DNA of 64,000 nucleotides from contig NC_092384.1 of the NCBI RefSeq assembly GCF_030028105.1, forward strand, positions 40,555,553 to 40,619,552, given 5' to 3'. Source of the stretch: Mobula birostris. Taxonomy: Eukaryota. Positions within the stretch are counted from its first letter, which is position 1. Each line of letters starts with the position of its first letter. The translations under genes and the position numbers were made by a program. The notes under the pieces were generated by a model. The model was not told the DNA's origin and did not search any database. It saw only the letters and a list, made by a program, of their open reading frames with translations. Below, one piece after another: positions 54,267 to 64,000 of this stretch.

Positions 54267-54805
54267 CACGTAGTGGTCACTTGTTAAGTACATCTGTACA
54301 CCTGCTTGTTAATGCAAGTATCTAATCAGCTAATCATGTGGCAGCAACTCAATGCATAAAAGCACACAGACATAGTCAGGAGGTTCAGTTGCTATTCAGA
54401 GCAAATATCAGAATAGGGAAGAAATGTGATCTAAGGGGCTTTGTCCGTGGCATGATTGCTGGTGCCAGATGGGGTGGTTTGAGTATCTCAGAATCTGCTG
54501 ATCTCCTGGGATTTTCATGCACAACAGTCTCTAGAGTTTATAGAGAATGGTGCAAAAACAAAGAAAAAATCCAGTGAGTAACAGTTATGTTGGTGAAAAT
54601 GCCTTGTTAATGAGAGAGGTCAGAGGAGAATGGCCAGACTGGTTCAAGCTGACCGGAAGGAGACAGTAACTCAAGTAACCATGTGTTACAACAGTGATGT
54701 GCAGAAGAGCATTTCTGAATGCACAGCACGTCAAACCTTGAAGTGGGTGGGTTCCAGCAGCAGACAACCAGAAACATACACTCAGTGGCTGCTTTATTAG
54801 GAACA
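54267..54805 (+). mobile_element. Non-autonomous Tc1-like element, same family as 29780-30291
   Basis: GKKCDLRGFVRGMIAGARWGGLSISESADLLGFSCTTVSRVYREW; shared left end. Confidence 0.85.
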
Positions 54806-55479
54806 AAAGCTACCTTTTATGTCTGAAATTGTGATGGTTCTAAACGATTTGTTTATTACAGGTGTCAATGTTCCATGGTCAAAGTAGTGTGTTGGTAATT
54901 TGCTGATGTTCATGTTGCATATGTTTACACAGTAAATGAAGCTTTTCAAGACCAAACACAAATATATATTCTGGTTTCGACCATGGGCATATTATGTAAA
55001 ATACATATTAGTTTGTTACTGGAGAATTATTACAAGAATCACATGAAGATATGTAGAAATTGAGTTCATTATTCATTGAGCATCTTTATAACATCTCTGG
55101 CTTCATATCAATATCTTGCAATCACAGATAATGGATTATTTTCTGCACCCTGTACTTTAACAGCTCTGGAATTGCAAATTTCCTTCAACATGATATGCAG
55201 AGCCAGAGAATTCACATTCAAAATATAACCGCCTCATTCTAAGGCAGAATGTTTTGTTTTGCCATTTTAGGCATTTATTCAAAATAGTGCTTGAGTTAGT
55301 TTTCTTAACAAATGATAAGACTACAGTGATATCCCATGTTAATGATTTGGATAGTACACAAACATTCGAATGGGGAACAGGATACAGCTGCTCAGTTTCT
55401 CTGAAATAATGTCATGTTGGATATGATTGTATACCGAGCTTCATATTCTTTCCTACTCTAGGTAGCCTTTCACCCTGCA

Positions 55480-55625
55480 TTTCGGCAGGACAAAAGGGTC
55501 TTGGCCCAAAACTTCAACTGTTTACCGTTTTCCATAGATGCAGCCTGGTCTGCTGAGTTCCTCCAGCATTTTGTGTGTGTTGCTTTGGATTTCCAGCATC
55601 TGTAAATTTTCTCTTGTTTGTGATT
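55480..55625 (+). mobile_element. Short Penelope-type 3' end with degenerate hammerhead
   Basis: aagggtcttggcccaaaacttcaactg...gatgcagcctggtctgctgagttcctccagcattttgtgtgtgttgc. A related piece lies at about 17220-17350. Confidence 0.75.
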
Positions 55626-56851
55626 CTACTCATCTTCAAGTTGTTTCAGAGTACTGCATAATCACAGGCTTTCTATGCCCATGTCAATTCATAATGGAAG
55701 TGTCCTCTTGCTTTTATTTAAGTTTCAGATGATATGGCCTTGCTTAGTGGCCTGGGGTATTTCTCACCGTTGTTTCATACACAATGAGGAGATAGGTTCT
55801 GCAGTGCACAATGAATGCCTTGCTCTGGAATGGCCGCATTGGACTATGTTCCTCTGCCCTTTACATCTGAGCAACTCAAAGAACTAACATTCTTGCATCA
55901 CAATGTACTGTTGCCCCTTCTTCTCATCAAATTACAGAGGAACTAAATGATTTAAATTCACTTACAGGTTATGAGGCTGAAATCACCACCATTCCATGAA
56001 TTGATATAAAGATAAACAGATCAACAAAGTGGTAAAAAAGAAGATCAAAGACAGACCATATTCTCATATGAATTAATATTTTAGTGGATTTAGTATAAAT
56101 ATAATTTTCATTTTAGTGGGGTTTCCGTTCCAAAAAATTGTGCTTAAGTAAGCCTCAATTTAATTATATATTTGTTTCTTTTCTGCAAACTATCCCTGTG
56201 ATCTGTTCCAAGGAAGGGTTTCAACGATTGTGGTTGTAATATGTGGCAACATTTTAAATTTTTGTTTACAAAAGCACATTTGCGCCTAATTCTGATCCCC
56301 AGAAGTCTGATCATTTTATTCATAAACTATTGCTACAACTCTGGTGCAAAACAGACATCATGCATGCCCTCTGAAACACACTTGGAAGAGCGGCCTTTGT
56401 AATCCGGCCCTATTTGCCCCTGAGAAAGTAGAGACGAAATGGTTCCATCTGTCTGGTGAAGCGATGCCCATGCTGCTGTCAAGTAGAGCATTCCAAGGTA
56501 CTGAGCCTGCAAAAATAGAGGAAAAGCGTGAGTTATAAGAAAAACTTGTAGACAGTGAATGGTGTGCATCTGGTTTCCTTGCCTTCTAGAGATTGATGGC
56601 TTGGAAATTGCCAACAAAGAATTTTACAACAGTTTGTTTAACCACTGACCTTAGTGATAGGACCACTTTCTGCATGCATGGCGTGCAGTCCTTGGGCTTA
56701 TATAATGACCTTAAGTTAATCAGCAGCTTTCTTATGAAGCTTCTTCAATCCAGTAGGATACTTATGTTGGCAACTTCACCACTAATTTTACCCAAATGAC
56801 TTTTTAGTGTGTACTATAGGCAGCTTAGATCTAATATTTCATTACTGCACA

Positions 56852-57285
56852 CAGTACTGTGCAAAAGTCTCAGGCACACTGTGCTGCTGTCGCAAAGGAA
56901 AAAAAATATTTCATGATTTATGCGAAGAAGCTGGGAGTGGGAAGGGGTCAGGGAAAGGGGAATCATGGTTGGGAAAAGGGGGAGGGAGCGGGGAGGGGGG
57001 CAGGAAGCACCAGAAAGACAGTTTGTAATGACTAATAATCCAATTGTTTGGAATCAAATGACCTTGCCTGGTGTGTCAGGGCTGGGTGTGTCTGCACCCA
57101 TGCCAACCCCCTCCCCTGGCACGCCTTCTCTGTCACCTGTCCTACATCCCTCTTGCGGTGCTCCACCCTCGCCATTCCTGACATCCTTTGTTCCCGCCAG
57201 ATTTACAAACTCGCTCTCTGCTCCATGTTGACAAATACAGTACAGCGCAAATGTCTCAGGCACCCCCTTGCTATATATATATATC
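56852..57285. mobile_element. Composite MITE-like repeat with Tc1-like terminus
   Basis: cagtactgtgcaaaagtctcaggcac at 56852, repeated in direct orientation at 57238-57263. Confidence 0.55.
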
Positions 57286-57800
57286 TGCTGTAGATCTACA
57301 GTAATGTAAGTTTATAATGTCTCAAGTCAGTAGTTTGAGTTAACTGTGTATGTATTGCCTAAACCACAAAGTAACTGCATGTATATTCTACAGTATGCAT
57401 AGAATCAAAGAGCGTTGCATAATGAAGTTCCAGACTGGGTGTGATTCTTTCTCTAGTGAAGCATTTTCTATTGTCTCTATCAGGCTATCTGATCCAGTAT
57501 GATACATTTGGAGATGATGGATATTTTTCTATTTCCCATCACAAAGATAAGTTTTATGTTGGGAGGTAGATTTATGATTGAACAGCAGGTGAACATTAAC
57601 TTGTTACATTTGAAATAGACCTTTTTCAATTTTCTGCTGCACCACTCATCACTGTGTCTTCCATGATTTCAATGTATGATAAACATGCACAACCCAAAAG
57701 GGCCAAGGGTAAAGAAATTAGATAATCAATGCACTGAAGTATATCGGGCAGAAACATTGGTGTGGACATGGTGAGCTGAGAGGGTCCGGTCTCTCTATGC

Positions 57801-58656
57801 TAGAACATAGAACAGTACAGCACAGTACAGGCCCTTCAGCCCACAATGTTGTGCCAACCCTTAAACCCTGCCTCCCATATAACCCCCCCCCACCTTAAAT
57901 TCCTCCATATACCTGTCAGTAGTCTCTTAAATTTCACTAGTGTATCTGCCTCCACCACTGACTCAGGCAGTGCATTCCACGCACCAACGACTCTCTGAGT
58001 AAAAAGCCTTCCTCTAATATCCCCCTTGAACTTCCCACCCCTTACCTTAAAGCCATGTCCACTTGTATTGAGCAGTGATGCCCTGGGGAAGAGGCGCTGG
58101 CTATCCACTCTATCTATTCCTCTTAATATCTTGTATACCTCTATCATGTCTCCTCTCATCCTCCTTCTCTCCAAGGAGTAAAGCTCTAGCTTTCTTAATC
58201 TCTGATCATAATGCATACTCTCTAAACCAGGCAGCATCCTGGTAAATCTCCTTTGTACCCCTTCCAATGCTTCCACATCCTTCCTATAGTGAGGCGACCA
58301 GAACTGGACACAGTACTCCAGGTGTGGCCTAACCAGAGTTTTATAGAGCTGCATCATTACAACGCGACTCTTAAGCTCTATCCCTCGACTTATGAAAGCT
58401 AACACCCTATAAGCTTTCTTAACTACCCTATCTACCTGTGAGGCAACTTTCAGGGATCTGTGGACATGTACCCCGAGATCCCTCTGCTCCTCCACACTAC
58501 CAAGTATCCTGTCATTTACTTTGTACTCTGCCTTGGAGTTTGTCCTTCCAAAGTGTACCACCTCACACTTCTCCGGGTTGAACTCCATCTGCCACTTCTC
58601 AGCCCACTTCTGCATCCTATCAATGTCTCTCTGCAATCTTCGACAATCCTCTTCCG
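57801..58656 (-). mobile_element. Young CR1 LINE 3' end (ORF2 C-terminus)
   Basis: Open frame LQRDIDRMQKWAEKWQMEFNPEKCEVVHFG...LVRPHLEYCVQFWSP...FTQRVVGAWNALP, with tail tagaacatagaac. Confidence 0.95.
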
Positions 58657-58657
58657 C

Positions 58658-58969
58658 AGGTAAGGCATCCGTTAGTCTTGCGAGACCATGGATCTGCACC
58701 TGAAAAGTCTTCACTCTCCAGGGCGCAGGCCTGGGCAAGGTTGTATGGAAGACCGGCAGTTGCCCATGCTACAAGTCTCCCCTCTCCATGACACCGATGT
58801 TGTCCAAGGGAACGGCAAGGGCCAATACAGCTTGGCACCAGTGTCGTTGCAGAGCAATGTGTGGTTAAGTGCCTTGCTCACGGACACAACACGCTGCCTC
58901 AGCTGGGGCTCGAACTCATAACCTTCAGGTCGCTGGTTGAATGCCTTAACCACTTGGCCACGTGCCCAC
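58658..58969 (-). mobile_element. tRNA-derived SINE
   Basis: On the minus strand: A box GTGGCCAAGTGG (58950-58961) and B box GAGTTCGAGCCC (58906-58917). Confidence 0.85.
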
Positions 58970-59229
58970 GACCCTATCTACAACATATGTTGGACTCTAT
59001 GACTTTGAGTGATTCTCTTCCCAGATATGAGATAATTGATTCATTCCTAGACAACTGGGACTTTTATTTACCAACTTTTGTTGGAGGTATTCTACAGGCC
59101 CTAAATGCTGATCATGTTGGTGACATTGACATCTGGGAATGGGTAAATAAAAAATAGTTGCATCACTTTGACTCAGTATACATGGACTTTGACCATCTAT
59201 CTGATGGTTGAAGAATGGTCTTCCAATCT

Positions 59230-60300
59230 TCAAGTTCATCTGTCCTAACTCCAAGCACAAACATACCTCAATCAGTGAGAATTGGTAACAACATCTCCTC
59301 CTCTCTGATTATCAACACAGGTGCACCTTAAGGCTGCATGCAAAGCCCCCTGCTCTACTCCCTATCCACACAAGACTGTGTGGATAAGCGCAGCTTCGAT
59401 GCCATCTTCAAATTTGCTGGCAAGGCTGTTGCTGTCGGACAACTCATAACTGGTGAGGAGTCAGCTTACCCGAGTGAGATAGGATACCTGGTTGAGTGGT
59501 GCTACACCACTCTGTCGCTCAAAGTCTGCCAAACTAAAGAGCGGATTGTTGACTTTGAAAGGAGAAGGAGGGTGAACATGTGCCAGTCTACACTGGGGGG
59601 GCTGGCAGTGGAAATAATCAGAAGCTTTAAATTTCTGAGTATTATCAGGTGACCTGTCCTAGGCCCAGCACATAGATGTAATCACAAATATTTTCTTGGA
59701 AGCTGAAAGAGGTCCGTCTTGTTATTGTACACTCTGACAAATTTCTACAGATGTACTGTTGGACATATACCTGATGGGTTGCAGTATGGTCTGGTATGGC
59801 AATTCAAATGCACAGGAATGTAAGAAGCTCAGAGAGAAGTGGTCTCTGCTCAATAAATCAAGGGGACGTCCCTCCCCATTACTGGTAGCCTCTACAGGTA
59901 GTGCCACTTCAAGAAGGCAACTTCGAACACCTAACCTCCCAACCATCTGAGCTATGCCATCTTTTCCCAGCGATCATTGGGCAGGGGCTACGGAATCCTG
60001 CAATTCCATGTCATCAGGTTCAATTACAGCTACTTCTGTTCAGCCTGAACCAACCAAAGCAATACTGATCTTTACAGTTTAGCAACACTGACTTCTTTAA
60101 CCATTTTGCACTAAAAGGGACTTCAGTCTTTTTTTTGTTCTAATTGTGTTTTCTTGTAAAATTTGGGTGTCAGTTTTTTTTTTCTTGTGAATGTTGCTTA
60201 TATGATGCCATGTGCTTGTGATACTCCTGAAAGTTAGTTTTTGATTGCACTCGTGCTTATATGTACTTGTGCTTATGACAATATTTCGTGACTTTACCAC
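59230..60300 (+). mobile_element. Rex1/Babar LINE fragment
   Basis: SPLLYSLSTQDCV...IFKFA...YLVEWC...FKFLS (59338-59652). Confidence 0.85.
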
Positions 60301-62179
60301 AAAACTGTAGTTCCTATTCTTCCCCGAATTAGGCTGTGCAGGATCGTTTTCAGTTATGGGCTGATCAGTCAATCACATTTTACAATTTCTCAAATTGAAA
60401 ATATTGTTTATAAATCCAGCATTCCTTTTTAACTAGCAGAGATTAATGGACATTCTATCATGTTGTGTACTTGCATTATCCACCGTGCCAGCAAAAACAG
60501 GTAATGTAAGTAAGAGATTTGACAACAGTTAAATCCCTTAATACTTCTAGCTGGTTCATAATTCACCTCCCTTTGCATAATCCTCTTTCAAATATTAGCT
60601 GAATTTCACTTGAAGTGTTACCATTGTCAAGGCAGTGATTTCGGACTTTTTTTTAATGCTCCGGAGGAAGCTTTAGATTTGCATATTATTTCCAGTCAAT
60701 TTCTTTTGAATGGAGAATATCAGAGTAAACAATCGTGCAAGGTCCTTTTACAACCAACTTTGCTTTTTATCACAATCAATATAACAAATGCAACACTGGC
60801 ACTTAAATCCTTATGCATTTTTATTGAAAATTATTATGTTTTTGCCTATTATCCCAGAACTGTTCCAATAAAATTTCCTAATTGAACTATTTATTAAAAA
60901 AAGAGAATAAGTAGAGGAACGCCAGGAAGGTCAGGCTGCATTGGATGCACTTGTGGCTCACTGTCAGTTTTGATAAACCTTTATCTTTGGATAGAAATGA
61001 CCATTAGCCAGAAGTTATTAGGTAATTCTGGCAGTTTCAGCAGTTTCAACAGTCCAATCAAACATGGGCGTCTCAAACAATCACAGACTTACTGGTTGGT
61101 TTCCACTGGCACTTTTCCAACTGCATTCCAGTGCTGAACTCTGATGTTACGCTGGGAAGTCTGCAAACTGTGTCTGCATCAGACTCACTGCAGGAACAGT
61201 AAGTCCATTCATTTGAATAGAAAGCAATGGTTGCGAAGAGTCTTGGTAAGTACAAGGTTACTTACGTAATTGTTTGGATTAATTGAATCTTCCATAATGT
61301 TTTGATGGTTTAAAAGTGTTTTTTAAGTTTTTTATACTTTCATTTGCTAACTTATTCATTGCTTTTTTGTGTAAGTTAGTTCGTGCTTCAGTTTGACTTG
61401 ATATGTTGCTCATGTAAGATGGCATTATCTTGTTCAATGTCACACTGCTGTGCAGAGCCATGCTCTGGGTTGGTACAAATTCAGGAAGTAAGTAGATACC
61501 AAAGGATTCAGAAACTCAGTGGATGTGTCTTCAAGAGCAGATCAGAGGTGATGCATTCTGCAGGGAGTGACTAACTCACCTCCTAACTTCCCAACACCTG
61601 TCCACCACTAGACAGGAATGTGATGAAATATCTGACTGTTTGAATGCAGCTTCAGTAACAGTCCAGGAGTGTGACACCATACAGAACAGTGCACCCACTC
61701 ACAACTGTTCAGATACTCACCGCCAATACACAGTAAACGTTGTTTGTACCATCTACAGTATGCACTGCAGCATCTCACCAAGAGTCTTTAGACAGCACCT
61801 TACAAGCCCATGGCCTCTGCCAGCTAGAAGAGCAAAGCACGAGAACACCACCACCAGGAACACAAGCCACACACCATCCTGACATAGAAGTACAGTATAT
61901 TGCTGTCGGTTGTCGCTGGGTCATAATCCTGGAATCCCCTCCCCACATCTCAAGGACTGCAACAATTCAGGGAGGCAAATGACCTTCACCTGCTCAAGGG
62001 GAGTTAGGGATGGACAATTAAATGCCATCTCAATCTGGATAGCACGCATCCCCTTGCATGAATAGGAAAGAAACTAGGTCACCCCGTAACCCATGGGTCA
62101 GTAGTGAATGTGAACAGCTTATATATCACTTCATTCTGAAGCTTCTATTCCAAAAATTGATAGTAGGAAAATCTGGATG

Positions 62180-62545
62180 ACCTGGTGGTGTAACTAGTAG
62201 ACTAGCTGCCTCACAGTTCCAGGGGACCTAAGTTTATTCCTTATCGCTGGTGCTGTCCATGGGGAGTTTGCACTAACTCCCTATAACCATGTTGGTTCCT
62301 CCAGCTCTACCGATTTCCTGCTAAATCAAAAGAAATTGTGGGTGCAAGTTAATTGTTCTGTCTAAATGATCCCTAGTGTGTAGATGAGTGGTATAATCTA
62401 GTGAGGAATTGAGGGGAATGTGAGAGGCTATTAAGGGGTTAGGGTAGGATTTGTGTAACCAGAGTGATTGGTGGTCAACACCAATTCAGTGGGTCAACAA
62501 GCCTTTTTCTATGTTGTATCTGTCTGTGACTTTGTGACTCTAGAT
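62180..62545 (+). mobile_element. HE1/V-SINE-like tRNA SINE with CR1-like tail
   Basis: tRNA-like head (gctgcctcacagttccaggggacc), V-domain-like ggagtttgcac...gatttcctgc and tail gtgggtcaacaagcctttttctatgttgtatc. Confidence 0.7.
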
Positions 62546-63614
62546 AATGACAAGCTATTTTAAAAAATGACATCACTTGATGTAGAAAGTCACTCTTTCC
62601 AATGAGTCTAGAATGCTGAAGAAAGTAGGAGTAGGATAATATTTGTTCATGACAAATTATTATCATCTATTGGAACGGGAGAGGTAGTTAAAGGTCAAAA
62701 ACAAATCGGTTGGTTTAAATTTTGTGATCGACTACTTAAGTCAAAATTAATTTACACTTAGAAAAATATGGATTTCATATATCATTTCTTAAGCAAAATT
62801 GTGTTTTCATTGATTTGTTTGAGATTCTCAATAAAGTCAGAGGAAGGATCTATTAGGATTGTCATTTTTTGTGTATGCACATTCAATTTTTCTTAATCAT
62901 TTAATGATTTGTGTTTAAGTACACAGGGCACGATTTCAAAATTTACAGATATCAGCAAACCCTGAAAAATAGCGAAGGGCAGTGACAGGAATAGTTTTCA
63001 GGATGACAGACTAAGTGATGATATTGCACCAATGTATCAGATGAGCTTTTGCCACGTTCTACCAAAATGTTGCATTCTAGGAGAATGAGAGACTCAATAT
63101 GAACTAAAAGGTCCAGGAACAAAGAGAAATTAGGAATTAATGTACCTAATTTTTCAAAAGATGTGAAAGCTTAGAGAGGATATCTAAGATATTTATTGAA
63201 ATTGTGCCAAAACTGAAAGACATTAGTTGTGTAGAGCGACAGGATATAAAACTAATTGAAACAGCCTTTCTGCTAATCTCACCTGTTGTGCTTTTTTATT
63301 GAATCATAGATCTATCAGTCTGTTTCCTATAATCGTTTATACAATTCAATAAAAAACTACCACCCTCATAGTTAAAATTGTCGGAGCATTAATTGCCACT
63401 TGTGCTCAGGCAATGGCAGTGTTGTCCAGCATCACTTCTGACATCCCTGGCTCTGAAGTAAGATAATACTTTGTATCTTAGATTTCCCCAACTACCTAAT
63501 AGATTCTTCCTACTTACCATATCACTTTTCATTAATGGCTTGCAAGTTTCTTCATAATAACTTGAGACATAGGGACCATGTTTCTTACAACGAACATGTT
63601 ATGAGCAACTTCAT

Positions 63615-64000
63615 TAAGACAATAAGACCATAAGACATAGGAGTAGAATGAGGCCATTTGGCTCATCGAGTCTGCTCCACCATTCAATCATGGCTCATCC
63701 TTTTCTCCCCCTCCTCAACCCCACTCTCCGGCATTCCACCCCACCCCCGTAAACTTTGATGCCTAGTCCCATCAAGAACCTATCATGTTCTCCCTTAAAT
63801 ACACCCAGCGACCTGGCCTCCACTGCTTCATGTGGTAACAAGTTCCACAAATTCACCACCCTCTGGCTAAAGAAATTTCTCTGCATCTCTGTTTTAAATG
63901 GATACCCGTTTACACTGAGGCTGTGCCCTCTTGTCCTGGACTCCCAAACCATGGGAAACGCCTTTTCCACATGTTCTCTGTCTATGCCTTTTAACATTCA
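63615..64000 (-). mobile_element. CR1 LINE 3' end (runs off the window edge)
   Basis: TRGHSL...RNFFSQRVVNLWNLLP (63695-63997) and tail taagaccataagacatagg. Confidence 0.92.

Noticed and set aside
57484-57565. Possible NETO2 cassette exon (cag|GCTATCTG...GGGAG|gtagat)
   Set aside because: 82 nt would shift the frame, the donor is weak, and there is no similarity to the NETO2 CUB1 sequence.
57836-58738. 300-aa ORF as a host gene
   Set aside because: It is a CR1 ORF2 C-terminal fragment read in from SINE sequence, and the RT catalytic core is missing.

Overview
This is vertebrate genomic DNA, not prokaryotic. The repeat content (an HE1/V-SINE-like SINE, abundant CR1, Rex1/Babar and Penelope-like elements) points to a cartilaginous fish, probably a ray; the taxon is inferred. 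The + strand carries the last five coding exons of ITFG1 (7022-45237, ending ...EAHRFHFDAM*). A CpG-rich promoter and the first two coding exons of NETO2 follow, in the same gene order as in human. Most intronic sequence is transposon-derived, and nearly all long ORFs in the ORF track are TE fragments. The most notable structures are: (1) a young Penelope-like family with four core-intact minimal hammerhead ribozymes, including one copy with an inverted pseudo-LTR and a 15-bp TSD; (2) a 1.6-kb fold-back Tc1 derivative made of two inverted transposase 3' halves, just downstream of the ITFG1 transmembrane exon; (3) a candidate second, very short first exon for NETO2; (4) a tRNA-SINE fused head-to-tail to a young CR1 3' end; (5) a Vingi/Ingi-like LINE and a Gypsy-type solo LTR. 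I found no clearly new protein-coding system. The best candidate for a new system is RNA-level: ribozymes and long inverted repeats within the ITFG1 pre-mRNA.
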